DNA of 64,000 bases from an uncultured Poribacteria bacterium (GTDB lineage: Bacteria > Poribacteria > WGA-4E > WGA-3G), in assembly GCA_951813565.1 (NCBI GenBank), contig OX638351.1, positions 384,001-448,000 of the forward strand, in the 5' to 3' direction. Every line of letters starts with the position of its first letter. Positions within the stretch are counted from its first letter, which is position 1. The notes beneath the pieces were generated by a model that did no database searches, was not told the DNA's origin, and saw only the letters and a program-made list of their open reading frames with translations. The translations under genes were made by a program, and so were the position numbers. Below are positions 31,379 to 41,218 of this stretch, piece after piece.

Positions 31379-32137
31379 TCATCTTCTCGTCGGTTGCAGT
31401 TGTTGTAATTCCTCTGGTGGAACCTCGGGAAATCCTAACATTTCTGCCAGGCTCGCGTAGCGGAAATATCTATCAAATTCAGAAGGTATAGGTTCTTCAA
31501 GCGAGTCTTGTAACACCTGAAAATCAACATTGTATGCTATTTCCCCTCCTTCATCATGCGTAATAAAGGTTACGGCACCAGTAAATTGCTCAGTGATACG
31601 TCGACAGGCGTCTTGATATGCAGCTAGCAACGTCTCTGTTCTTTCAATAAATGCGTGTCTTTCAATAAATGCAGCATACTCTTCGGGTGTGAATAATGAT
31701 CCTTGCATTTCCATATCAAGTCCGAGAAGTTCATCTGATTCGCGCTTGAGTCTGTCAAATTCTGGAAAGACCTCCTTGAGCAGGACGATCTTTGGGTCAT
31801 CTTTTGAGGCTTCTTGTGCTTTTGTTGCTGGAAGTGATTCTGTAGGTTCAGTGAATTCCGCTTCTTCGGACACTCCTACTGATTCTGCCATTTCGGTGTC
31901 CCACGGTTCTTTAATGGACGGATCGTCTACAGTGTTCGGTTCAGGTTGAGTCTCGATCTCAGGGGATGCAGTCGGTTCTACCTTCTTAGGCGCTTGCTTG
32001 GAGGGCACAGTGCCTTTATAGATTTTCACGGGTTCTTGAGACTGTGAATTTTGATAATGATTAAAGACAATGACCACGGCTACCAATAGGATTCCTATTC
32101 CTCCTCCATAGAGAAAGTGAATGTTTTTCCGCAACAT
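31379..32137 (-). CDS. Hypothetical N-anchored acidic protein
   Basis: N-terminal TM helix, EPVKIYK then a P/E/T-rich linker. Confidence 0.75.
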   Translation of the reverse strand: MLRKNIHFLYGGGIGILLVAVVIVFNHYQNSQSQEPVKIYKGTVPSKQAPKKVEPTASPEIETQPEPNTVDDPSIKEPWDTEMAESVGVSEEAEFTEPTESLPATKAQEASKDDPKIVLLKEVFPEFDRLKRESDELLGLDMEMQGSLFTPEEYAAFIERHAFIERTETLLAAYQDACRRITEQFTGAVTFITHDEGGEIAYNVDFQVLQDSLEEPIPSEFDRYFRYASLAEMLGFPEVPPEELQQLQPTRR

Positions 32138-32270
32138 AATAAATACCTTTTATTTTCCTTATTATGTTATACCAATTCTGAAAATCAGAAATGGTATAAC
32201 TCTGAGGGACTTTAAGAAAAAGTGCGTAAGTCCTGGAAATATATAGAAATATATAGATTGTTAGATACTG

Positions 32271-33755
32271 TTACTCAACCTTTTTGGTTTTTGGTATCTT
32301 TGAGAGCAGTCCATCTTGTTCAATGACAGCATATTGTGGCATCTTCTCACGGATAGGGGCGACAGCCTGCCAGCTGCCGAAGTTATGCTGCGTAAAAACA
32401 ACATAATCTTTTTCAGCATCCGTGTGCGGTATTTCTCCCACCGTTTTAAGGTCCGTCCAGTGCCTGTAAGTAACAGGTTCTCCACTATCCCACTGCCAAC
32501 TCCCTTCCTTTTCAACATCATTGAGTCCGATCCAAAACGGAGTTTTCTTCTGTCCGAAGACAGAATATATCCACGCTTGTTCTAACGAGTCTTCGATAGA
32601 GACAAGATGTGCACCTTGTTCAATTGCTTTCTGTTGTGCATCGTGCCAATCTTTACAGGGTATTTTCTTGTAAGCGTGTCCGTTTTCAGGGTTTATGACC
32701 CACACACCCTCTTTTTGGGGTTCCTGCTTTTCGGTTGCTTTTTGCGCGGAAACCCCCAGAGACTCCATTAGGAAGTTACGATTAAAAGGGGAAGCATTCG
32801 GAACCACCAATGTAAAGTCAGGATTAAGGTTAAGTTGAGCGTTCGGTATGGTAGAAGTGTGGTCGACAGTTTTGTTGCCATCAAGCGTAATCACAATATT
32901 TTTCGGTGCCGGTGTATTTTTATCCAGTTGAAAAGATTCCGCACCGCCAGTAAGGTCATTATATACCACAGAGAGTCGACACACGCCGAGTGTATCGGTA
33001 TAGTATGTAAAATAACCGTCAGCATCGGTCATGCTTTGTATATGAAAAGTGTCATCCACCAATCCATTTATGACCTGCTGACATTCAATATTTGCGTATG
33101 CGACCGGTGTGCCATCTGCGAAAAGGACGCGAGCGTGTACCCGTAATCGCTGTACCACCTTAATTTTCATATCCGTAATTCTATTTTCAGGTGGTAACAT
33201 AAACGCGTGCCCTGTCTTGATGTCGGCATCTTCGTAAAACTCAAGAATTTCCAAAACGGCAGATTCCCCCATTTGAAGTGAAACGACCCGCTTATCGGGT
33301 TTAGCGGCTACCATTGCCATATTCATTAAAATTCCCACTGGCATGCCCGCTGCGTCATTGATATAGTTTTTTATCAACTGTTTCCACTGTGTCAACATAT
33401 CTGCTTCAATGTGTGGAAGTGGCCATAACTGCATGAATCCTGGGGATATGCCATCAACAGAAAACGCGCCTGCTGCATCTGTGTGAACAAAGGTAACAGG
33501 CATTTTGCCTGGGGAGATGTCTAATAAATACGCTAATGCTAAACCTCCGAATACATCTTCATCTAAAAGAGAGACCAAAACCCCGCTGTCATCGAAATGC
33601 GCCGCCGGTATCAATGCAAATGAGAAGTTGGGAACAGGATTACCATCTATCCCCACTACCGTGCCTGCCATTCCAATCGGTGCATCTTCTGCAATAACAG
33701 TTATGCCCCAAAACGTAAACAATAGTATGAGTGCAAATGTTGTGTATCTTTTCAT
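32271..33755 (-). CDS. Secreted protein with carboxypeptidase-regulatory-like beta domains and a C-terminal C-type lectin domain
   Basis: Signal peptide; GTVVGIDGNPV; NPENGHAYK...WHDAQ...GAHLVSI...FWIGLND...GSWQWDSGEPVTY..W. Confidence 0.85.
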   Translation of the reverse strand: MKRYTTFALILLFTFWGITVIAEDAPIGMAGTVVGIDGNPVPNFSFALIPAAHFDDSGVLVSLLDEDVFGGLALAYLLDISPGKMPVTFVHTDAAGAFSVDGISPGFMQLWPLPHIEADMLTQWKQLIKNYINDAAGMPVGILMNMAMVAAKPDKRVVSLQMGESAVLEILEFYEDADIKTGHAFMLPPENRITDMKIKVVQRLRVHARVLFADGTPVAYANIECQQVINGLVDDTFHIQSMTDADGYFTYYTDTLGVCRLSVVYNDLTGGAESFQLDKNTPAPKNIVITLDGNKTVDHTSTIPNAQLNLNPDFTLVVPNASPFNRNFLMESLGVSAQKATEKQEPQKEGVWVINPENGHAYKKIPCKDWHDAQQKAIEQGAHLVSIEDSLEQAWIYSVFGQKKTPFWIGLNDVEKEGSWQWDSGEPVTYRHWTDLKTVGEIPHTDAEKDYVVFTQHNFGSWQAVAPIREKMPQYAVIEQDGLLSKIPKTKKVE

Positions 33756-33768
33756 TTTAACTGCTTCT

Positions 33769-35079
33769 TTACCGTTTTTCGGTAGTATCGTCAGGTTTAG
33801 GCATGCCAACGATAAGGTTCTCTTTTTCTAAAATAGCGTAGAAGACATATTTAGTGGTTGGGGTTCCTTTATGTTCAGCTGTCCATACCCCATTTTTACC
33901 CCAAAGCAGCACATTCGCGTCACTGTCTTTTGCAGGTTTCGCGTCGCTGCCTTTTTCAGTGTTAGTTGACTGTGTAGGTGTCACCAACCGTGTAAAGTTC
34001 ACAGGTTCTCCGCTATCCCAATGCGTTGCCCCAGCTTTTAAGCCGATCCAAAAATTGTTCACTGAATCGTATTGCACACCCAACACTTCAAGCAGATAGT
34101 GTTGTTCAGCTGCATCGTTAATAGCGACCAGATACGCCCCCTGTGCTTTTGCTTTTTGTCGCGCTTCCTCAAGCGTTCGGATTCGTATCCGTTTATACGC
34201 GTGTTCGTTTTCAGGGTTGATTACCCATGCCTCTTCGCTTACGAGTTGTTGTATTTCAAGGCTCGTCGCGTCGGTTAGTGCCTTCCTCTTTTCTTGTTCA
34301 ACCGCGGGCAACAACTTTAAGACCACCTCCGCGCGTTGGTGCCTCTCCATTTTCAGAGGAGCAGATTCAGCCGTTAGATCGTTATATGTCACGTTCACAG
34401 TATAAGTAGCAGACCGATGATAAATTTCTTTGGTAAACTGCCCTCTATCATTGAGGAGAACATTTCGTTCAGTTGTACCGAAATTCTCATTGAATGACTG
34501 TTCTAATTTTACGTTTACTGTTGTGTTTTTTAGCGGTGTGCCATCCGCGGTAACCACCTGCACCCGTATGCCGCTCTTGCGTCTAACCGTTACCTCAATA
34601 TCTGGGACGGTTGTCCCTGGTGCAATTGAAAACTGAATCCAGGGATCGTGTGGCTTAATACGAAAAGTGACCCCGCCGATTTTGAAGCGCATAAACTCAT
34701 AATCGTTATCTTGTATTCCTTCGGGAGATGTTATACCTAACATCATCACAGGTTGTGAAACAACGTTAGTGAACGCAAACGCTCCTGTCTTATCAGTTTT
34801 GGACACGGATTGTGTGTAAGGCGGGGCATCCGGGGCATTAGCAGGTGGAACGCCCCTATTTATTATAACCTCAGCAAACATCCATGGATACAATTGCTGT
34901 ACCCACAATTCATGACAGTCTGTTACTAGGTATACGTTAAACCCTTCAATAGGGTCACCTGTTTCATCAATAACTCTACCCGATAAACTTGCTGTCGGTG
35001 CTGCTACGCACTCAAACGCTGTCAAAAGCGACAGCACACTCAATAAAAAAATCAGTTGTTTTAAGTGAAAACGGTTCAT
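33769..35079 (-). CDS. Secreted protein, same architecture, divergent C-type lectin domain
   Basis: LSGRVIDETGDPI; NPENEHAYK...GAYLVAIND...FWIGL...WDSGEPV. Confidence 0.85.
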   Translation of the reverse strand: MNRFHLKQLIFLLSVLSLLTAFECVAAPTASLSGRVIDETGDPIEGFNVYLVTDCHELWVQQLYPWMFAEVIINRGVPPANAPDAPPYTQSVSKTDKTGAFAFTNVVSQPVMMLGITSPEGIQDNDYEFMRFKIGGVTFRIKPHDPWIQFSIAPGTTVPDIEVTVRRKSGIRVQVVTADGTPLKNTTVNVKLEQSFNENFGTTERNVLLNDRGQFTKEIYHRSATYTVNVTYNDLTAESAPLKMERHQRAEVVLKLLPAVEQEKRKALTDATSLEIQQLVSEEAWVINPENEHAYKRIRIRTLEEARQKAKAQGAYLVAINDAAEQHYLLEVLGVQYDSVNNFWIGLKAGATHWDSGEPVNFTRLVTPTQSTNTEKGSDAKPAKDSDANVLLWGKNGVWTAEHKGTPTTKYVFYAILEKENLIVGMPKPDDTTEKR

Positions 35080-35139
35080 TTTTTTCTCCTTATAGCGGAT
35101 TCTACAATTAACTGGACATCTCAAAATGTCCAGTTAATT

Positions 35140-35559
35140 CTAAAGTTTACTATTCTCTTTATTGGTGAGATCATAAGATACAAGAAAACCTCTATTATCA
35201 ACAGTGAAAGCAGCTTCGCCAACATCTTTAATCCGAATGATGAAATAGTTATGATAAACTTCAAGGGTAAAATCCCCTATCTTTCCTTTCGTCCAAGACT
35301 CTGGATCATTAACTTGCCCCAGATAGGTAACTCCGTTCTTGTGCAGCAGTATGTAATTTGTCGGTTGTTTATTAAGCTCATAGTTGTTTTGCTTCATCCA
35401 CTCTAATACAACCTTATGCTGTCCGTCATACCCTCCGGTAGGTGTGTCCTTGTTGATTATCTCCGTAACAGGTGGCGGAAATGACCCAAATCCGTGGCAA
35501 CCCATGAAAAGCGTTAATACGAAAAAATAGATGATTGAAAAGTCTCTATACGACTTCAT
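35140..35559 (-). CDS. Lipoprotein, distant paralog of the 29-30 kb tandem pair
   Basis: FMGC lipobox; VLEWMKQNNYEL vs ILWYMKDQNYEV; IRIKDVGEAAFTVDNRGFL vs IEVPGFGYGAFHINEQGNL. Confidence 0.7.
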   Translation of the reverse strand: MKSYRDFSIIYFFVLTLFMGCHGFGSFPPPVTEIINKDTPTGGYDGQHKVVLEWMKQNNYELNKQPTNYILLHKNGVTYLGQVNDPESWTKGKIGDFTLEVYHNYFIIRIKDVGEAAFTVDNRGFLVSYDLTNKENSKL

Positions 35560-35593
35560 TTTATTCTCCTTATATAACCCAAGTTGCTACCTA

Positions 35594-36041
35594 TAACGTG
35601 AGTTTGATAATTAGACCTAAATGTAGATGTCCGTTGGGTAGAGCGAAGCGAAACCTATAGGCGTCAATTTAGTGCCTGATTTTCTTGTGGGAGGGCTTTC
35701 TAAGCCCGATATTGTGAGACTCAAACCGTTATATCGGGGTTGAAAACCCGACAAATGCCAAAAAGCGCATTTGGCGTTGATTTGGCAGCATGCCAAACGC
35801 GCATGCTGCGTTGATTCGCTCCCACAATAGGATATATCCTAAAATTGACGCCTATGGGTAGAGCGAAGCGAAACCCAACAATTCAACCGTCTTGGAAGTA
35901 ATTTAAAGTTGAGTTTCACTCATTTTCCTGTTATTTCGGCATCAAATGGAGAAAAAATCGCTCTTTTATGTCCGATTTTTTGTTTGTTCCGTTCTACCCA
36001 ACGGACAGTGGTTATTGAATTTTATTATCAAACTCACGTTA
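35594..36041. mobile_element. Composite MITE, copy 2
   Basis: Same 17-bp TIRs; CCTA directly repeated on both flanks; nested IR element 35656-35856. Confidence 0.82.
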
Positions 36042-36073
36042 CCTATAAGTTTTAGACATGGAAACACTGTTTT

Positions 36074-36985
36074 TATAGTAGATATTGAAAATAAGTTTAC
36101 ATTTTCTGGGATTTATGCTAGCCTTTATAATTATGGCATATTCAACAGATTTACGCAAACGCGTGCTTGATTTCATCAATAATGGTGGCAGTAAAGCCGC
36201 CGCAGAACGCACTTTTCGTGTCTCAAGAAGAACGATCTATAACTGGTTGGAAGCAGAAGACCCCTTCGCCTGTGAAAAACCGGGACCCAAAGGGCCCCGA
36301 GATATTGATTATGACGCACTTCAGCAACATGTTGCCGATTTCCCAGATTCCACACTCGCCGAACGTGCTAAACACTTCGGTGTTTCAACAAATGGCATCT
36401 TTTATGCCTTCTCAAAACTCAATATCACGCGAAAAAAAAGACCACGACCTACAAAGAACAGTGTCCGATAAAACGCCAAGAGTATCTTTCGGCACTTCAA
36501 CAAGAGACACAGGCGCATGGCAAAACACCGGTTTATCTTGACGAAAGTGGTTTCACTGAAACCACTTTCCGTCGGTATGCTTATGCCCCGAAAGGTGTCC
36601 GTGTTGAAGATAAAGTGCCAAGCCATCGGTATACCACCACGACGCTGATTGCTGCAAGGCTTGATGGATGTTTCACAGCACCTGTGCTTTTCGAGGGCAG
36701 TTGCGACGCGGTCGCCTTCAACAGTTGGCTTTCGGAAATGTTGTGTCCATTGCTTGACGATAGCCATGTTGTGATTATGGATAATGCGTCTTTCCACAAA
36801 GGTTCACAGACGGCGGCATTGATCCGGGATTGCGGTGCGAGTTTGTTGTTTTTACCGCCGTATTCACCGGAGTTGAACCCGATTGAGAAGGATTTCGCCA
36901 ACATCAAGCGGATACGTCAATACAACGCTGAGACCTCTATTGATGATATTATAAAAGTGTATAAGTAATTACGGGATTTACTATA
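36074..36985 (+). mobile_element. IS630-family insertion sequence
   Basis: TATAGTA.AT / AT.TACTATA ends (TA target); transposase 36133-36968. Confidence 0.88.
36133..36968 (+). CDS. IS630 transposase, two ORFs joined by a -1 frameshift at GAAAAAAAAG (36431-36440)
   Basis: MAYSTDLR HTH; shifted frame KTTTYKEQ...VYLDESGF...MDNASFH...LPPYSPELNPIE. Confidence 0.9.
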
Positions 36986-37184
36986 ATAGAGAACAATACA
37001 TATTTCGCAAGTTTTCGTAGTGCAAACTGTTAGTTTGCGGACTAATATGCACAATCTAAATGAAGGTTAAAAAATAAATTCGGTAATTTCAGTCCCGTAG
37101 GGACGATATGTTTATAGAAATGTGATAACCTACCTTTAAACCTCATACATTATGGGCTTTTAAAAGTCCACTAAGGCTTGAGTC

Positions 37185-37964
37185 TCATTCGGTCAACTCA
37201 TAATGCTCCATTAATACTTTTTCAAAGTCATCCGGCGGATTTGCCATTATCTCGTAAATATTAATTTTATCGTAGCCTTTAATGGTGGCATATTGTGCCA
37301 GATTGCGATAAAACGTTGCACCACTGGTCATGAATTCACCAAATTCACCGGGAATTGATTCATGGGAATCTGCAAGTTTTAAGAGATCGGAAGTACGCAC
37401 ATCACCGTTTGTGTCCACATATTTTTGGAGTACCGTTGCTAAATTGTTCATGTCGGTAAGTACGGTGGGACCTCCTGCGGCTTCTTCAAAAAGGCTAATC
37501 AACTCTTGCACTTTTTCTGGGTGCGTTGAAGAGTGTATACCTCCACCTATTATATTGCCTATTTTGTCCCAGAGTTCCCGCGCCTTTCGCCGGTCTTCTC
37601 GTTTTGCTAATTCTTCAGGCGAGAGCGTTTCCTTCATCTCTTCTTCCTCCGCAGCAACATCCTGAAGTAATTTCTCTACATCTGCATCAGAGACTTTCCC
37701 CTCTGCAGCAAGTTCCTTGAGAAATTTCTCTATCTCTGCGTCAGAGGCTTTTCCTGAATCAACTTCTTCAGTGTCAACACTGCCAACGTTTACCTCCTCT
37801 GGCGTTTCTTTTTTCTTCAGGCTTTCCTCTAACATTTTTTCTGCCTCAGCAGCCTCTTGTTCAAGTTGCCGGATATTTGCGCGATCGTGTCGAACCCACA
37901 CCACGGCGGCTCCAACGAGTAGAAAAATGAGAGCGGCAAGTCCCAAGTATTGTATGCGTTTCAT
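37185..37964 (-). CDS. Hypothetical N-anchored acidic protein
   Basis: AGGAGG RBS, N-terminal TM helix, internal 18-aa tandem repeat. Confidence 0.78.
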   Translation of the reverse strand: MKRIQYLGLAALIFLLVGAAVVWVRHDRANIRQLEQEAAEAEKMLEESLKKKETPEEVNVGSVDTEEVDSGKASDAEIEKFLKELAAEGKVSDADVEKLLQDVAAEEEEMKETLSPEELAKREDRRKARELWDKIGNIIGGGIHSSTHPEKVQELISLFEEAAGGPTVLTDMNNLATVLQKYVDTNGDVRTSDLLKLADSHESIPGEFGEFMTSGATFYRNLAQYATIKGYDKINIYEIMANPPDDFEKVLMEHYELTE

Positions 37965-38187
37965 CGTGTTCCTCCTATAAGATTGAAGTTATCCATTCAG
38001 GTCAATTCGGTATAATTACTTGAAAACTTCTTTCGGCGCGCTATGATGAAGTATCAAATTTTACTCAGCATTTCCTAACAGGTAGGATTACCTTTAGATC
38101 GGTTGTTTCAAAGCGCGCTTTTGACACAATGCCACTACTGAACAATATTCAATACTCCATCATGCGCGAATAGCGTCTGTGCTGCTT

Positions 38188-38742
38188 CTAATCATCCTTT
38201 TTTTCCTTTTTACCTTTTTTGGATCGAAGCTCTTGAAGTATCTCAACAACAGTTTCCATCTGTTCCTCTAATTTACTGAGGCGCGGTTCAACGGGATCAG
38301 GTTTATCTTCTTCTACTTCAACAACTTCAATTGTAGATTCCGAAGATTCATCATCCTCCGAATCCGTTTCCCTCATACTAAAGATAGAGCGACTAACAAC
38401 TTCGCCAACATCTTTCATTACATTGCCAATCGTTTCCTTCTCTTTCTTAAAATCGAGGTCGAAATCAAATCCCATTCCTTCTTTGAGATACGTGGCAACT
38501 TGATGGTACGCATAACCGATGTCACCAACAGATGAATCTTCGTTTAAATGTTCAAAAAGTCCCTCTGGCAGTGCCTCTAAATCATACAACCTTGACAATG
38601 CGCTGTTGAATTGTCGGATGCACCGATTTTGACCATTTGAAAAATGGTCAAAAACAGAAGGTTTCTCAAGAATCCTTGTTGTTGCTTCTAACATTCGGAC
38701 AATTCGCCGAACTTCCTTTTGGGTTTCACGTTCATTACTCAT
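38188..38742 (-). CDS. Hypothetical protein
   Basis: AAGGAG RBS, 184 aa, coiled-coil-like C terminus. Confidence 0.75.
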   Translation of the reverse strand: MSNERETQKEVRRIVRMLEATTRILEKPSVFDHFSNGQNRCIRQFNSALSRLYDLEALPEGLFEHLNEDSSVGDIGYAYHQVATYLKEGMGFDFDLDFKKEKETIGNVMKDVGEVVSRSIFSMRETDSEDDESSESTIEVVEVEEDKPDPVEPRLSKLEEQMETVVEILQELRSKKGKKEKKDD

Positions 38743-38872
38743 TTTAAAATCTCCTTATCATGGATGCTTTTGACACTATAGAGTCTTTGATATACAAAAA
38801 GGATAGTAAAATTGTCAAAAAATACAATTTTTCGTTTTCCACCTCCATAATTTGCTATACAGAGTGTAATTA

Positions 38873-40081
38873 TCAACCTTTCTTTAATTCGCCTACATTA
38901 CGTCTGATTTTTATTGCCGCCTTAATAATGTCTTCCATATCCTCTTCTGTTCCCATCAAAACATTCTGACCAAAGGCGAGTCCTGATTGACATATTTTTT
39001 CGGTTTCGGCACAGTGAACATCTGAAAAATCAAGGTCGCTACCGAAAAGATTAGAGGAAAGAAACGAAGCACGATACATCGGCGTGTTATACCAATATCC
39101 GATAGGTATACCTTCGGCGCGCATCGCACTGATAAAAGTTCCACGTGATATATCTTCAAACTCTTCAGAATCAAAAATTGCTTTGTAGCCGTGGGAACCG
39201 CATCGGGTTGCACGAGGATCCAGTGGTGTTACCTTGATACCGGGAATCTCACCAAACCATCCGTCTAACCAGCGCATATTCATGTGTCTATGATTAGTTT
39301 CAGCTTCAAGTCGTGTCAAGCGAGAAAGCAGGAGTCCAGCCTGCCACTCTGTCATTCTGAAATTTCCACCAAACGGTTCTATATTACCAGATTCTGCATC
39401 AGGCGGTGTGCGTCCGCAGTTGTGGAGTGCCCACGCACGCTCATAGAGTTCTTTATCATTCATCAAAACGATTCCACCTTCACCAGCACAAAGATTTTTA
39501 GAGGATTGGAAACTGAAGCATCCGAAATCCCCCCAACTTCCTACACCTCTGCCGCGCCATTCTGCCCCGTGTGCTTGCGCGCAATCCTCAATAATTTTCA
39601 GATTGTGGCGATCACCAATCTCTACAAGCGCGTCAAGATCAGTGGGATAACCAGCGATGTGAACAGGTAGGATCGCTTTCGTCTTTTCTGTAATTGCCTC
39701 TTCCACTTTGGAAACGTCCAATAGAAAACTATCGCGGGCAGTGTCAACAAAAACTGGTACGGCATGTGTCATCAAAATAGCAACGACAGTAGCTTGAAAT
39801 GTATATGCGGTGGTAATTACCTCATCACCTGGACCTACCTTAGCCGCTTTTAACGCAATATAGAGTGCGGTAGTGCCGCTATTGACACAAACACCATAGT
39901 TTGCTCCTTGGAATTCAGCGAATTGTTTCGCAAATTCAGGAACTTTTGTTCCGCCAACTCCCCATTGTCTGCTGTTATAGATACTCTCAAATGCTTCTAT
40001 GTCTGCAGGATCAAGAGTAGGCCATGTAGGGTAAGGCTTGGTTCGGATCGGTTCACCGCCATTTATTGCTAAAATAGACAT
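38873..40081 (-). CDS. DegT/DnrJ/EryC1/StrS PLP-dependent aminotransferase
   Basis: NSGTTAL, IEDCAQAHGA, FSFQSSKNL..GEGG, NFRMTE. Confidence 0.95.
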   Translation of the reverse strand: MSILAINGGEPIRTKPYPTWPTLDPADIEAFESIYNSRQWGVGGTKVPEFAKQFAEFQGANYGVCVNSGTTALYIALKAAKVGPGDEVITTAYTFQATVVAILMTHAVPVFVDTARDSFLLDVSKVEEAITEKTKAILPVHIAGYPTDLDALVEIGDRHNLKIIEDCAQAHGAEWRGRGVGSWGDFGCFSFQSSKNLCAGEGGIVLMNDKELYERAWALHNCGRTPPDAESGNIEPFGGNFRMTEWQAGLLLSRLTRLEAETNHRHMNMRWLDGWFGEIPGIKVTPLDPRATRCGSHGYKAIFDSEEFEDISRGTFISAMRAEGIPIGYWYNTPMYRASFLSSNLFGSDLDFSDVHCAETEKICQSGLAFGQNVLMGTEEDMEDIIKAAIKIRRNVGELKKG

Positions 40082-40098
40082 GTCAAGTCTCCATTTTT

Positions 40099-40596
40099 TT
40101 ATTCAGATCCGAAATTTTTTACAAATTCAGGTGGAAATTTTCCTGACACTACTTGACCGATTAAGTCGTCTAACGCATTTTGGGCTTTTTCTGCTAATTC
40201 GGTGGCAATAATACCTTCATCAAGAGCAGTTTCAAACTCATCCTCATCTTGAATTTCATAACTGCCATCGGGGGATACCCATAAATCAAGGAATAGGTCA
40301 ACAATTTCAAATTGATCTGAACTTCGCTTCACTGGCTTCATAATATCGCAATAATAACCTGTCCATTCGTCATCCAGATTGTATATTTTACCGATGTCAT
40401 ACCACAATCCTGTAAATACAAACCAAACCGCTGTAAAGTTGTCCCCTAAAACTGTCTCACCGTTCAGAATGATTGGGGAAGAAGGTTTAATCTGTTGCGA
40501 CGTGACAATAACGTCTTCGTCTTCATAAAGCAGTTGCTGCTGAAAATAATTAATCCGATCTGGTAGTCTTTTATATGTCAGGGTTATTGTTTGCAT
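40099..40596 (-). CDS. DUF402-family protein (putative nucleoside phosphatase)
   Basis: GYYCDI..P, DLFLDLWV.PDG, DEDEF motifs. Confidence 0.85.
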   Translation of the reverse strand: MQTITLTYKRLPDRINYFQQQLLYEDEDVIVTSQQIKPSSPIILNGETVLGDNFTAVWFVFTGLWYDIGKIYNLDDEWTGYYCDIMKPVKRSSDQFEIVDLFLDLWVSPDGSYEIQDEDEFETALDEGIIATELAEKAQNALDDLIGQVVSGKFPPEFVKNFGSE

Positions 40597-41218
40597 CTTC
40601 CGTTCTTACTTCATCAGCTTGTCTAACTGCTCTGATGAATGCCTTAATTTTTTGGTGATCCTTCTGACGTTTTTCTGATTCAACACCGCTGGCAACATCA
40701 ACAGCGTCCGGCTTAACATATTGGACAGCATCTGCAACGTTTTGTGGTGTTAAACCACCTGCGAGGATTAACCTATTTGTGTGATGTCGCGCTTTCTGAG
40801 CAAGTTTCAAATTGATTGTCCCAGTTGTTATTGATTTTGGTTTATCTACAAGACAGGCACTTACATTGTAAGCATCTATAGTCTTCAATTTAAAATCGCT
40901 ATGAAGTTCAAATACTTTTATGACAGGCAATGAAAGTTGTGTGCAAAATTCTGGTGATTCAACTCCGTGTAATTGGACAGATGTGATACCTGTTTGCATA
41001 GCAATATCTTGAATTTCCTTGTGTTCAGCATTCCTGAAAACGCCAACTGTTGAAATAAACGGAGGTAACGCTCGGATGATTTCAGCTGCATTATTAGGTG
41101 TGGTGTAGCGTGGGGTTTGTGGCACAAAAATAAATCCGAGAGCATCTGCCCCTGCTGCAACTGCTGTCTCTGCATCGGTAAGATTGGTAATACCACAAAT
41201 TTTAACGCGTGTTCGCAT
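40571..41218 (-). CDS. trpF: Phosphoribosylanthranilate isomerase
   Basis: VKICGIT, GADALGF, VQLHG.E, LAGGLTPQNV, VDVASGVE. Confidence 0.95.
   Translation of the reverse strand: MRTRVKICGITNLTDAETAVAAGADALGFIFVPQTPRYTTPNNAAEIIRALPPFISTVGVFRNAEHKEIQDIAMQTGITSVQLHGVESPEFCTQLSLPVIKVFELHSDFKLKTIDAYNVSACLVDKPKSITTGTINLKLAQKARHHTNRLILAGGLTPQNVADAVQYVKPDAVDVASGVESEKRQKDHQKIKAFIRAVRQADEVRTEDANNNPDI

Noticed and set aside
32169..32235. Palindrome ATACCAATTCTGA..TCAGAAATGGTAT and a lone TGCGTAAGTCCTG IS-like end
   Set aside because: Single occurrence with no convincing partner end; cannot define an element
28648..36041. CRISPR array or integron attC array
   Set aside because: Repeats are not regularly spaced with unique spacers, no cas or intI gene is present, and I could not find consistent RYYYAAC/GTTRRRY pairs after each gene
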